From: Oopsacas minuta
Lineage: Eukaryota; Animalia; Porifera
NCBI GenBank assembly: GCA_024704765.1
Contig: JAKMXF010000311.1
Coordinates: 358,426-422,425, forward strand
Reading direction: 5' to 3'
Length of the DNA: 64,000 nucleotides
Shown here piece by piece: positions 11,018 to 24,910 of the stretch; the first letter of the stretch is position 1, and each line of letters starts with the position of its first letter. The notes under the pieces are model-generated. The model saw only the letters and a list, made by a program, of their open reading frames with translations, was not told where the DNA came from and ran no database searches. The position numbers were made by a program, and so were the translations under genes.

Positions 11018-11237
11018 ACCTAGAGTAAGATGACGTAGGTGATAACTTAAATTATACGAAATATTTTGTAACCAACTATATTGTAAATAGAACGCGTGTA
11101 TATATTTGATAATTATGTAAAGTATGTTTTCTCTCCAATTTATATATAGCACGAAAACAAAGTAAACAGTTTTTAGGGAGGAGGAGCAGTTCTATAGATA
11201 ATATCCATGATTCAATTTAATACATTAATAGAGTTAA

Positions 11238-12418
11238 TTAATTTTTCACATCTGTGAATGAGGGCATTGCATCTTCTAAGGTAGGAGCTCGAGTATGACC
11301 TTTACTGTTACGTCCGCCATTGAAATTCTTGTAGAAATAGACTTTTATCTAAATAAGAGTTGTTAGCAATAAGTACGGTAAACTCTCGTAATTTCGAAGC
11401 CCAATAGGCCGCGATAATTACTTCGATATAATCGACGTAATTATGTTATTTTCACTGTTTGGGACAATAATAGCACAAAATCAGACTACGTTATAAACGG
11501 GTATTTGGATGTATCCGTGCTCGTATAACAGGAGTTGACTGAAATTGATTTACTCCGCTTACAACGAATAAACCAACCACGATCCCAGTCCCTAGCAGTT
11601 CGTTATAAGGATAGTTTACTGTAATATCCATAGTCCATTATACTTACCTTTCTCCTACTGATGTAACAGAAGAATAAAGCAATTATTGTAAAGAAAGAGC
11701 AAAATAGAAAGAATGAGAACACAGACGTTTGATAGAAGTGTTTTGTAGTAACTAATGGTGCAATAGGTGTATTTGTATCATCCAGTTTTGTTTCTTTATC
11801 TGGTACCCCAGGTGTTGCATTTGGCATCAAATGTTCTGCATCTGGCGCCACAGGTTCTGCATCTGGCGCCACAGGTTCTGCATCTGGCGCCACAGGTTCT
11901 GCATCTGGCGCCACAGGTTCTGCATCTGGCGTCACAGGTCCTGCATCTGGTGTCACAGGTCCTGCATCTGGTGTCACAGGTCCTGCATCTGGTGCCTCGG
12001 CTTCAGTGGGTGAAGCTGTTATTACTGATGTTGCATTTGTTGTATTGGATGGTGGAGTTATCGCATTAACTTCTGGGGTATTAGATTCTGCAGATAAGGT
12101 TGTGCTTTCGGTTTTACTAGCCCCCGGCGTGTCTGGGATGTCCCACCTCTTCAATAATGCTTCCAGTACTTTGATAAATGTTTCGGTTTTCTTAAGTCCG
12201 TTCTTATCGTTAGATAACATCATCATGATTTTGACTTCTAGTTCTTTCTCGGTATCTTCTGGTATAGAAGCTTGTGTAGTGTCAGCTTTATTATTATTGT
12301 TTGGCACAACATTGCCACCATTACCGTTCTGTTCTCTCGCTTCTGATCTACCCAATATAAATAGATTGAGAACTAGAATAGATAGCAACAATGCACACTG
12401 CATATATTTCGGCCTCAT
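11238..12418 (-). CDS. Type I membrane mucin-like protein, TGN38/KCT2(C5orf15)-like; exons 12418-11648 and 11348-11238
   Basis: Signal peptide, T/P/A-rich ectodomain, TM followed by RRK. The phase-0 intron AAG|gtaagt...ttatttag|ATA gives the tail IKVYFYKNF...TLEDAMPSFTDVKN, similar to KCT2 NVNEAMPS. Confidence 0.55.
11836..11995 (-). repeat. 21-bp coding tandem repeat (DAGPVTP x3, DAEPVAP x4)
   Basis: tgcatctggcgccacaggttc / tgcatctggtgtcacaggtcc units are directly visible. Confidence 0.95.
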
Positions 12419-12897
12419 TCTATCTGTGCGAGAAGAGCTAATTGAAAATTACAAAATTTTGAAAAGATAAGTTGAGGATAATAACCTTATAATATCGATT
12501 TAGATACATATGAATAATCCAGTGTTGCCAGATGACCCCCACAAAGATCATGCCATGTCTATACCAACTTCACGCCGAAGTTCTTGGTGCATGTCAAGTT
12601 CTTGCCATAAGTCAAAATATATTAACTGGCATATAGCAAGGCGGTAGCAAGCAGATGTCAATTGGTCAGGTTGTCCTATGCAAGATATATGGGACACTAA
12701 GTTGGTCGGGTTGAAACCTGACCAACTGGACACTCTCCTACGGCCATGTATATATTATATAAGCATTCACCAGGGATAATAAGTCATAGACTATCGGGGT
12801 CATGCATTCATTTTGATAATTCTGCCTAAACTGATTGAGGAAAATACAGTGTAAAAGTTGTATAAGTATCCTAATTACGTAATAAGTAATCGCGTTG

Positions 12898-14337
12898 CTA
12901 TTCATCCAACAAAGTATCCAATTTGACAATCTTTTTACGATTGAGACTTTCAGGTATCAACATGCCGAACACGATACACAAAACAAGTGCAATTCCGTTT
13001 AGAACAAAAATGAAATGATAGTCGAATGGGAAAATATGTGTGTTGAGGGATACAGCGAATACGGTACCACCGTATATGGGAGCCATCGCCCTGAAAATAC
13101 TACAAATTGAGAGAGATAATCCGTTGACTGCACCTAGCTTATCGGGTGTAACCGAATTGTTTATGAACATTGATAAAGAAGCGAAAACCGCAGATATGAA
13201 TAGCCGCATGAATAGATTGAATAAACCGAGATAAACCACAGCTGGTATAGCGGATAATGCAGATGCAGACGGTATCAGTATGCACACAGGGATTAGTATA
13301 GCTATTGATACACTAAATGACCTCAAACCACCAAACAATTTCTCTAAAATCTGAAATATGAATAAACTGAAAGGTAACGTTATCAATGCACTAATGGCTA
13401 CGACTATTGAAAAATCTTTAATCGACATTTCTAGACCACCCAGATCACGTGGTGCTTTGACCCATAGAGGCAGTACTTCATCTAGAGACATCGTGACGAC
13501 AGAGAATAGAGAATATATGAATATAGTGAGCATGACTACCCAATCTGTAATCAAATGGTAGAATATACTCTTACGGACTATGGATACAAGTTGATGACCT
13601 AACCGTGTTTTGCTGGTACGGGGCGTTGCTAGCATTTCATCTGTCTCATTCTCTCCCTCACTATATACTTGGTCTTCTGCAACATTTATTGCGTGTGTAT
13701 TGGTTTGCTCCTTTACTGGCTCTTTCATGAAGAAATACACTATAATAACTCCAATAAGTAGAATTGCAGCATTCGCAGCTCCAGGTAATACAAAAGGATA
13801 CTTTACGAATATTTCGTATTTAGGAATATCATATTGCATGATTGGATCGGCTAATATTCCACTGAGTCCAGAGCTAAATACCAATCCTAAGCTGAACACT
13901 CCACCGAGGAATCCCATTGCAAACGGTTGAGTAGAATCGTCACTGTATTCTGATATGACTGCTTTAGCTGTTGGTACTATTCCATTGAAAAACCCAATTA
14001 GAAACCGGAATATTATGGCCACAATTACCGTAGTAGAAAAGCCGAAACCTAGAGTTACAAATGCGAGCAATACCCCGGAAATTATCAATACAATTCTACG
14101 TCCAAATTTGTCAGCCAGCAAACCCCAGACAAATGAACCAAGAATTCGTCCAACGAACTGAAAACTTGCAATGAGTCCTGAGTAGTAGCCAATATCCTTC
14201 TCATGCAGATCTGGAATTAAATGTTGTACCATCCAAGGAAGATATGGGAACACCTGAACCATAGTGTATATGCTTGAAAACAACGAAACCAAGGCTGGAG
14301 CACACCTCTTAACAACCAGGAGGTATTTGTTCACCAT
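12898..14337 (-). CDS. MFS transporter (DHA1/ZIFL1-like), intronless
   Basis: About 12 TM helices, MFS motif A GLLADKFGRRIVL, and GFFNGIVPTAKAVISE. Confidence 0.9.
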   Translation of the reverse strand: MVNKYLLVVKRCAPALVSLFSSIYTMVQVFPYLPWMVQHLIPDLHEKDIGYYSGLIASFQFVGRILGSFVWGLLADKFGRRIVLIISGVLLAFVTLGFGFSTTVIVAIIFRFLIGFFNGIVPTAKAVISEYSDDSTQPFAMGFLGGVFSLGLVFSSGLSGILADPIMQYDIPKYEIFVKYPFVLPGAANAAILLIGVIIVYFFMKEPVKEQTNTHAINVAEDQVYSEGENETDEMLATPRTSKTRLGHQLVSIVRKSIFYHLITDWVVMLTIFIYSLFSVVTMSLDEVLPLWVKAPRDLGGLEMSIKDFSIVVAISALITLPFSLFIFQILEKLFGGLRSFSVSIAILIPVCILIPSASALSAIPAVVYLGLFNLFMRLFISAVFASLSMFINNSVTPDKLGAVNGLSLSICSIFRAMAPIYGGTVFAVSLNTHIFPFDYHFIFVLNGIALVLCIVFGMLIPESLNRKKIVKLDTLLDE

Positions 14338-14700
14338 CTGGGTACCTGTGTGTATATCTAATGTATAAATGCATTGAGAATATTCTATTGCAAACTAGTC
14401 TGTATTTTAAAAGTATATAAGGGCCTTATTCGTTTGCAAATATATATTTGTAGTAGCAGCATATTTTGCTACATATAAAACTCAATGATAAAAGGAAATT
14501 TATATTGTGAAAGTCAACAAAAATAGCTCTTTATGATTGTGTATTGTATATGTAACAGAGCCTAATGACAGATAATAATTACTTTGCATTTGTGAGAAAA
14601 TAAACTGATTTCTCATACATATACATAGTTAACACTTTAAAAATAGAAAAGAATTCTGAACAACACAAATACAAAGTAAATCTAAGCTCAATGTATTACA

Positions 14701-17016
14701 TCATTTTAGGTCTGATAGCAAATGCTGATCTACAAAGCTAGCTCTCCTCTGTGCTGCTGTAAACATCTTATCATTACTTTCCCTCATTCTAGGTAAAGTA
14801 TTGTTAACACCCTCGATTACTTGCGCGTTCTCTTCAATTTCTGGTTGAGTTGGTTTGGTGAATTTTAAATGAGAATATCCAGGTAATTCCTGCTCCATTG
14901 TAACAGGTAGTGTAGATATGTAGGTAGGATTTGTCGGCATTTCTATTACACTAATGGCTGCATCTAGTCTGGTAACGGAAGATCTAGATGTTGGAGAAGG
15001 TATTGGAGGTGCCTTAGCATGATAATCGTTAATACTTTCATAAGTAGAGTTTGGTAATTCGGGATATTGTTCATCAAAATATTGCCGACTTGAACGATAT
15101 TCGTTTATTTCTGAAGTTTGACGCATTGGATTCCTAAATTTAACGTCTTTATCACATTTTTGCCACATTTTTTTAGTAAGCAGGAAGATATTTAATCCAA
15201 TACTGAAAGTCAGCACGAGTAATAGCAACGCAGCGATTGCTGAAACGCTTATTAAACCGGTAAACGAAGTTTGCTCTGTAGCACACTCGACGATTGACTC
15301 ATTGGTTATCGAAAAGGTAATTTCACTGAGTGCTATCCATGGTGCTTCCTCATGCACTTCAATATAGAATTCTAGTAAAATCACGTTTGATGTTATCAAT
15401 GGAAATAACAGTATTTTATATGTACCTCCAATTTCTATTACCGTTGATGTGTCAATTACAATCCCATTCACTGCCATGAATATTGGAGCCTGGAAGTCCT
15501 TATCGCGAATATTTCTAGCTCCGTATATTATTATCGTGTCAAAGAAATATACGTCATCAAAATTAATGAGGATTTTCACTATGGATATAGTCTTGTTTGC
15601 AACCATAATATTCCTGTTGTTACCTGTGTCATTTAATTGCCACATCACGAATAGATCTGGAGTGTTTGTAGTTACCACTGTAGAGAATATAGGATTAGAA
15701 TACAGCTAAGTATTGACCTGCAGTGGTGTTCGCCTATTAGTAATTGTTTCAGGCACGTAGAGTCCACTTGTAGAGAGAGTTCATCCAAATACGAATTGTA
15801 AATATGCGAACTACACTCTATTTGGTTACTATTATATCGTGTCAAAACTTTATTATGATAACATAATGAAATTCATTTACTTGTGTATTTATAACTATTA
15901 GCTAGGGTTTTTACAAGAAATATTCTGTTGGGATAAGACAAACAATTTGACTTTTGCATACTTACCAATTCCTTATAATACTCTTCTGGCATTTATCTGC
16001 TGAACGCAGGGATAATAATATAATTATACAAATCTAACATACCTATATATTTGTCCACTAACTTTCCTATACCTCCTGTACAATAATTCTCAGAACATAA
16101 ACCAGTGTATTCAGAATCAGTATGAGTATCTGTACTTCTAAATGGATTTCGACTTGGCTGGCGCATTTCATACTCGAGTATTTGATATTCTTCTACATAT
16201 TGGCTTGCTTTACAACCGTATAGCTCGAATTGGAGGCAATATACCCCCGTATTGAATATACTGTTATCTATGGAAAGAGTCTCTTTACTGATCTATATAG
16301 GGAACAACTAATTGAATTCTATTGTAATAATCACTACTATTCACCCGTTAGTTAGTGAATCTAGTTGAATTTCACGAAGAAAATAGTAAAATAATTCCAA
16401 TAATGACATAATTCCTGCTACAGGTAAACTTGATGCGGGCGGTGGTACTGATACAGGTTTCCAAATAGCAGTGTTCTCTAAATTAACTTACTGTTATCGT
16501 AGTCATTTTCTCAGGTTTCAAAGCAATTTTTAGCGTTTCCTTATCAATTGTATCAGATTGAATCTTTTGATAGGGTAAAAGCGTGCTTGGTACGATTATC
16601 CCCAGGTCTGTACCTATCGGGTATTCTATGGGGTAGCTTGTTGTAGATGCAGAATTTGTGTATGTTACTTTGTAGCTAGCCGAATAATCTTCAGAAAGTG
16701 ATGAATGACAAATCTTTGCATATTCTTTTCCATCAAATCGTTGTCGAATTCCAATTGCATTTATTATGTACTCTTCATCTAGGTTGTACGTGATTTCATT
16801 ATTTGATCCATGTGAAATTGTAAATATAAACACTTTATTAGAATTGAAGAGAGGGATCGATTGATTTTCTCCTGCCACTTCCTTTATCTCAACTCCTGCC
16901 GTTAAAACTATTGCTTGTGGTTTCCCCAATAATATTCTATCATTGCATGTTGGGTTTGTATTGGTTAAGATTACAGACAGGAAAAGGCAAAATGTCAGCG
17001 TCAATAATTTACACAT
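14701..17016 (-). CDS. Discoidin-domain-receptor-like type I membrane protein without a kinase; exons 17016-16492, 16292-16043, unresolved small exon(s), and about 15677-14701
   Basis: Signal peptide, then YCLQFELYGC (discoidin C-terminal motif, cf. DDR CLRVELYGC), then YTGLCSENYCTGGIGKLVD (cf. DDR GGLGQLxDG) and WIALSEITF (cf. DDR WLxxSEIxF). TM and a roughly 155-aa Tyr-containing tail end at the stop at 14701. Confidence 0.62.
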
Positions 17017-18926
17017 CTTTTCTGGTGAATAATTGGTGTTTTGGCGTCTTTGTGGATTTTTGTAAGCCTACTGGTTTAAATTTACAATTGGCTTTTCCTT
17101 TCAATATTACAACCATGCAATATTTGTTTTACTTTCGAGGTAAGAAACTGGATACTATACATTTTAGAAAGTAGATTAAATATATTTATATACTTTATTT
17201 GGAGCTAATTAATGTCATTCTTGAGTATTATACTAAAATTTGGGAATTTATCACAAATTTGTATAGTTTTGCTTTCAGAAAGCGAATATTCTACTGTTAG
17301 TTATATCGAAATTGTACAAATGTGGTTCCAAAACTTCAAAGTAACGAATATTTAATTGGATATTTTGAAGCAATAATCATGGTCCCTTGAGCTTCGATAT
17401 AACGGGAGTTGACTGTATTTATTTCTTGCATTTTTCAAATATTAATGATAGGCTAAATATCATTGCTAACATTTGTTGTATTTTGCACAAACTCTCTTTG
17501 AATTGCATCGCTGCTTAGCTAATACACTTCTTAGAGACGAGATCTGTTACAGGAATGCACCTACTTAATAGTATAATATTATCTCATTAACCACTATCAG
17601 CTGTCTATGATATACCAAAATTAGCGATAACTAACATATTTCACGTAAATCTATAATATCACGCGAGTTTGCATGAATATATATTTGGAACATTTTAGCA
17701 TAGAAAACTACGTAGTAACAAATTAATCACAATAATCACTTTACGTTATATGGCTGTCAATTACTCGTAAGACAATAGAAGGGAATTCTTGTGCTTAAAT
17801 CTGTATCCAATGAAGGATTAATTGATAGACTGCTTGTAATTGTTTGCTAATTTGACAGGTAATGAATGATATTAATTTCATATGGCTTATGCTAACAATA
17901 GTATAGATTGGGTTAATAATTATTTACCAGTTAGAATGGTAACTGATAGAGAAATTATCCTAAGTATTGATATAATAATTATAGTAAGAAGAAGAAGAAT
18001 CCTTCGCTACAACGAGAGTTTTACTATATTTCAATTTGATGCTGCATCAGTCAAGGTATTTGAACAGCTGATAAAATTCTCACATTATTGACTTCAGTTA
18101 AGTGTCAAGGCTAGACTAAAATGATAATACAAAATATGTAAAGTATGTGACATCTGATTTAGTTAGCAATATAGCTATGTAATTGTTTTGGAATTCTAAA
18201 CTTAAATATGCAATGTAATTCGAATGGAATTTATGTCAGTAATGATAACTATTGTAATTGAAATTGGTATGTTAACTCTGTACTAATTTTGTACGGAATG
18301 AGTAATGAATTCACTGATGCGAGTACGTTTCTTTTCAGATAGAATTATTACGTAGTATATCGGGTGAAACATAAAATGATAGGATAAAGTTCCAAATTGA
18401 AATATGTATTTGTAATGACAATTCTAGAAATAATTACAAATTGAAAAGGAATCAATAAGTTGAACTACGAGAATTTATTACCTTTGCGAGGAAATGGTGG
18501 CAATATCATAGCAACCAGGATGGTGGAATGGAATCTCATTGTATTTAATTGAACCATTATCAAAGAGTGTTAATTTCCGAGAAAAATCGCCCTTGACAAC
18601 GTTAAAGCAGTTAGGAATGCTGTTATGTAAAAATAGAATTTCATAACCAGCCACAACCTAGCAACAATAATGCTACAAACTATGCAATATAATAATATAC
18701 ATAAAGAATAGTGGAAACTGACACCACCTCTTTATATTTACTATTTTTCGCCTAATTAGCATAGTGTTCCATCACAACCCGCCTGATTAATATAATATAT
18801 TATTAATATGCATTGTACTAATGTGCTGATTGAGTATAAATAGACAGCAGTTGAGTAGTACACATCAACATATACACTTGAAAGTGTTCTATATTTACCA
18901 CGAAACATTGTTTTACATTTGTAATT

Positions 18927-20566
18927 ATGCATGCCAACACTGTTCCTATTTCTACTATGCAAATGAAACATGACTCATCGCTTCACGCTGAACATATTTA
19001 TCCCACAACAACTTCTATACATTGCAACCCAGTTCTACCCAGATACCGACAAACTAAGTCTGGAGGTGACCTTCTCAAGTTTTTGAAATCGGCTACTTTG
19101 GAATCGGTAAAAGTTGAGACCAGTGGAAAAGCTGCGAAACGTCGGAAGCGCGTTGTCCATCCGAGCCAACTTATTCTTCGTAATATGAACGAGGAAGGCA
19201 TTGATTGTAGTGCTTACCTAAAGAGAAGAGTTGGCCGCAAGCCTCGGCCTAATGTCATACCAGATGAACAAATGAAAAGCGAAGACTATTTTGATCCCTT
19301 GGTGGAAGCTCTATTTACCGACGCTAGCGAGGTGGAAAGACTTCCGCAAGAAGCATTCAAAACCCCGGATGGAAGGTCTTTCCCCCAGCAAACAAGACTA
19401 CGTGGGAGACCACCAAAGAGAAAGTGAGTTATCTCTTTTATTATGTAATTCCCGAAGGCCAGTCGTACCTGATTACCTCAGAGAAATTTATAATATAATT
19501 GTTACAGTTGTTATTCTGCAATTATTAGAACTTTCAAAATGCAACTGAAATTCTGCAATTAATTAATTAAACTTTTCGAATTAACAAACTATTCCATTCT
19601 GGCGCGTATCTCCCCCTCCACTAAACTTGGGTACATTTTAATTTGTTTGAGCAATTTGAAGTATTTTATTGTAGTTCCTAATTGGAAATTTTTTGATTTC
19701 TTTCCATTAATAAATTACTGTTTTATGAATTGCATTTATTAGAATTCCAACTGAAATTCCAATTGAACGTTTGGTATCAGTACATGCTAACTTCAGTTAC
19801 AACTACAACTTCAACAACAACAACAACAACAACAACAGCAACAACAACAATAATAATTATTATTACACTCACACGACCAACAACAGCCAGCAATGTTTCT
19901 CTGATCCAGCACTTGCAAATATCCTACAAGATGAACTTCAATTCTTACCTACAACTATAGAAGAACTCTATACAAATACTGTACAGACTAATCTTATGAC
20001 TCCATCAAATATGTCAATGAGTAATCTCACGCTACATTCGCCTAAGAGTCCTAAGAAATTACGTCCTATATCAGTGGTGAGTATTTTCAGATTATTCATA
20101 ATTATTATTGTGTAATTCAATTGTTAATGTTTATTAACCAACCATAGCATTGACTCTTTAATTTGAACTATTTATTATTTCATAAATTCGATAACTAGTT
20201 TTATTTTGTGCTTTTATCCTATAGAGACCCACGCATAAAAGTTGTCGAAGGAAGCTTGACTTGTCTCAGGAATCTGCTTTCCATCCAGAAAATTATACTT
20301 TACCCCCCCCAAAGCGAGTCTTTATAGACAGTCATATACCACCTCTCCCTGTAAACTATTACCCTTACCCACCAACCGATCTCATTCCCTCTCCTATCTC
20401 CTTGTCTAATAGGTCTTGGACTGATAGTACAGGAACTAGGTCATACGGGGCTTCGCCCACTGTCGAAGCGCCGTATGACCTAGAACTAGATCAGATTCTA
20501 GATTCACTTGGAAGGGAACAGAGCCAAACCACGTACTTCAGTAACAACGGTATCCTTGTTGAGTAA
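18927..20566 (+). CDS. AT-hook-containing orphan nuclear protein; exons 18927-19423, 19797-20076, 20225-20566 (about 372 aa)
   Basis: RGRPPKRK and VGRKPRP AT-hook-like motifs, poly-Asn tract, and phase-compatible GT-AG junctions (2, 0). Confidence 0.6.
19805..19862 (+). repeat. (AAC/AAT)n coding microsatellite encoding poly-Asn
   Basis: caacaacaacaacaacaacagcaacaacaacaataataattat. Confidence 0.9.
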
Positions 20567-23500
20567 TATTCCGTATGAATATACGAAACGAAGGATGCCG
20601 TTGTTACTGGAGTACGTGGTTTGGCTCTGTTCAGGTTTTTGTATATACACTTTGTATACTTAATAATATATGTAATCTAAATCATTTCTAAATCACTTGT
20701 ATTATATGTTGTTTATATTGATTATACCGTGTGATTAGTGTATATCATTTTCTTGTACTATAGTGTCTTATTACATACGAATTAAACTGAATATTTCAAT
20801 TATCAATTATTTAACTTTTCATTCCTGTTATTTCGAAGCTCAAGGGACCGCGATAATGACTTCGATATAACAGGAGTTGAGTATAATTATATTTCGTTAC
20901 TAACGATCTGATAAAGGCGAAATGTATTAGTGAAACTGCGGAATAAGTTTGCTCTAAAAATAACCGAAATTTTGCAATTAAATTCATATACAAAATTTCG
21001 TTATAAAATGTTGGATAATATAAAAGGAAATGGCACTGAATAGAATTCCATACTCGATACTAGTTACTATGCTGTGTAACTATTATTGTGTTGAGTAATG
21101 TATTTGTATTTGAATATTCATACAGTTAGCAAAGTTTAGGCGCGTTATTTGCATCCAAGTGCTCTCATTGTCTTTCATCTTTTCAATTATTCATTACGCT
21201 ACAAAAAGAATACTTCCAAAGTGAAATTGAAATAAATGAATTATTCATTTTGCGGCTAGATTTCATAATAAGGTATCGAGATGAAAGTATCTTTTAGTAC
21301 ATAGGTATTCTGTACACTTAGAAGTTATAGGGCGTGTGGAGCAAAATTGGTTAGATTTATAAGGAATCGATAATTTGTAAGGTTATGAATGCTGTGAGCA
21401 TTATGTGCAGAAATGAGACACATAATAAACCTAGTATTAGTATACTGAAACATAAATGTATCATGTAATTTTATAGCATACCTAAGTACTGAATCAGTAT
21501 CCAAGGTAGAATTTGGTTAATCCAATGGTATAGTTATACTGACATAATCAAGACTAGTTTTCTGCATAGTTACGGTTGGAATGTGCTCTTATTAATTTCC
21601 AGTGTATATATTCACGAAAATTGAAGATGACCTGCTATGAATTGTCAAATGTCATCATCAAATTAAGGGCTAATTACTGTTGAACGTTAATATTAAAATT
21701 AATTTGATTTCTAATTTCAAACGCAGCGTTTTTGTTTGATTAATTAAAGGACGAATAAGCAAATTCCGAAAACTATTATCATTCGATTAATTTTGTAAAT
21801 CATTAATTTTGGAAAGAATTTCAATTTATTGACAAAGTCATATGATAAGCAAATACGTGACATTTGTTATAATAACGTTTCTCCTCAAGCGAGCGGATTT
21901 TGTGTTCAATCAATGATTTATAATATAGTTATACAATAACTAAGCTATAAGAGTAGTCGGGTTAATTGAGGAAAGAATGTTCAATATAGCTGATTTATTA
22001 TCTTTTGGGGCCTGAATAGTAGTCGAATTTCAGTGCATTCTTGACTGCTTCCTTGGATATATTCTCAACATCCCTGGATTTCAAATTTTCTATGAAAATT
22101 ATACGATTTACAGCTGACAAAAGCAAGATTTAGTAGATTAGCAGACTAAATATATGAATTTGAGTATTGTTAGATTTCAAGAATATGTTTGGAATTTAAT
22201 ATGTCTTTTTAGTTATATGGAACTAAAAGTTTGTACTATAATTCCTCTAAATTGGTGAGTATTAAGTAACAATAAACTGGAGACGTCTTGGTTGTTTATA
22301 TAGTTTCACCCAACCAAATTATTAAATATTAATTACTCTAACCTTCTTGGAAGTATCGAATAGAAAAGACAGTTTTCCTACCAAGGTCTAGACATAATAA
22401 CTCCGGTACAATATTTTCTATTAAATATTCATATAATACCACATAGACAGACAGAAGAATTTGTGCTAATTTGTAAAATAGGGAAGGTAGGAATAATGAT
22501 GATTATCAAAACTTTATGGCTATAGAAAATGGATGAGAGTCGAATATATTCTTGGATCACAATGGAATTGTTATTACAGTCAACTCTCACCATATAGCGC
22601 ACGGATATATGACCGCTTATATCCAAGCCTGAAATTGTACTAATATGGTCCTAAACATTCAAAGTAACATATGTTTATCGGGTGTAATTATTGCGATCCC
22701 TTGAGCTTTGACATAACGGGAGCTGACTGTATCTGAATCAATTGTAGAATTCTAAGAGAATTGTTTGTTCAATACACAAATTTCATTTTTTCGCATCATC
22801 ATAATGTAGTGTATATTAAGTGAGATTACACTCAAACGTAATTAAACATGGTTAGTTCCTTCATGAAAGAAATCAGCTGATCTGAAATGTGTTATTGTGT
22901 CTGATAGATCTAATAGCACCCTCCAAAATATTTACAATTTGACAGTTTATTTCTTCAATTAAAAGAAAGTATAATATTTCACATTTAACATAGTGGTTGT
23001 TACTATGGTGACGAGAAGATAATAAAGAATTTAAACATGAATGACAGTACGTTTCTAGGCAACAGATTTAGAGAATGGAATGAGGATACGCTACTTATAT
23101 TTGGATATAGCAATTAAATACAAAATATGGAGATATAATACATTCCAATTGGCAATTTGGAGTGGTATAGAGTTACACGTGTTCAATGATACTAAATTCC
23201 AATATTATATAATGTTGCTATGGAAAAATAGTCAGAAATTCCGCAGAAATAAAGCCTCTGATTAGTTATATATTTCTTAGCAACCAGTATTGAATCAAGA
23301 ATGCAATATTAACTGATAAATATATTCTAATAAAATGATTCAATTTTTTGGTATCAAAGAAACCTTTGGAATAATCAATTTCATTGAAACTCAATTTAAT
23401 GGATTTATGTAAGCTTGTTGGCATTTGTAATTTTTAGAAATATTATAAGAGATAATAAGACCATAGAATTACAAGAACTAGTTTGTTAAGTTTAAGAGTG

Positions 23501-24910
23501 CGAAACCCATGATTTAGAGTTGAGTTCATTGTTACATGGATGTACTCTATTTTTGATAATTACGCAATATTTCTAGGCGAATGACACTAATATCCTTCGG
23601 TGACAGCGGTTCACAACCATATGAGACACATATACTTTGCAGGAAATTTTTGTTGAATATATCCTATTGTTAAATATATTCGGCTTCTACTGTATAACAT
23701 TTGGAGTGCCTCCAGCCTCTCCTAGGAATTTACAGTGCATTCTTCACAAATTTGGAGACAGCGTGTCTATAGATAAATGCATATTGATTTGCTTATACCA
23801 CCAGCCAGATGGTTTGCTAATTGCAGGGATCACTGTCTGACACTATTTTAAAAATTAAACATACTTTTATCATTCTATTAATTGACACATACACACACGC
23901 ACACAAACACATAGGCAGTTATGATTCTGTGAAGTGAAGATAGGTTGAATCGTCATACAGAATATACTGTTATGACATGTTATTTGATTTAACAGATGGT
24001 AAATGTAATACACGTTGGAGGCAGTATATACTTTACATATCGTGATAATAGAGAACAACGAATTGCCACAGAAATTCACTGAATAATCATTGACAGTTTC
24101 AATTGCAAATTCTCCGATAAGTTTGTTGATTATGCAACTGACTGAATTCATTTTACGTAATATCTGATGAGTATTTCTACAGTAATATAAGGCTATTAGA
24201 TCGAATGCAATTATTCGTATAATTAATTAAATGAATAATTAATTTCTGTATTGTTTCGTAATACTTTATTAATTCAATGCTATTTATCGCATTTACTTGC
24301 CCAGACATTTCAACAGTGGGGAAGTTGTAAACATATTTTCTAAGAAATATATTACGTGGAAAAAGCTGGAACTTACAGGTATTTATTGAACGAATTAAGT
24401 TCCAAATAATCTGACCATTATTTGTTAGAATAATGCAAGGTTGACAATCTGACACCATCAGCTGTTCATTGTACCCCCGAGTAGCCAGACAAATGCTGGT
24501 CAGATCAGCCCTTGCAGCAAAAGTTACATAACTGATCTTTTCATCCTTCGACTAATTCATGTAATTGTGGAAAATATCGCTGATTTGCTATATTGTAGTG
24601 ATTAATAATTTCTAGTAAACTATCATAATTACATGACTGTATCTTACAAGAATCAAATTATAAGGTCGATGGCCAGCATTTGTGGAATCTTTCTCTGAGA
24701 ATAAATAAGTCAACTCCCGTATATCAAACGCGGATATATCAAATACCCGTGTGTATAGATGTAATTTTCTCATTACCTTGAGCTTCGATATAACGGGAGT
24801 ATACTGTAATCCCTTTCTAGAGAATATACATATGTTATACTTGGTTAATAAACATGTCTAAACACTAATATACTACACTAATGAGTTCTATAACAATTAA
24901 CAAATATGAC

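Noticed and set aside
11767-12470. Repetitive + strand ORFs (QVLHLAP, CIWRHRF repeats) and similar ORFs at 49939-50446
   Set aside because: Antisense or alternative frames of coding tandem repeats in real minus-strand genes.
12898-14337. Plant/fungal ZIFL-like MFS transporter as a possible horizontal transfer
   Set aside because: Composition matches its neighbours, intronless genes are common here, and this MFS group is broadly distributed; a phylogeny would be needed.
17200-18900. Short ORFs in the intergenic stretch
   Set aside because: All are under 75 aa with AT-biased random composition; no splice-consistent model found.
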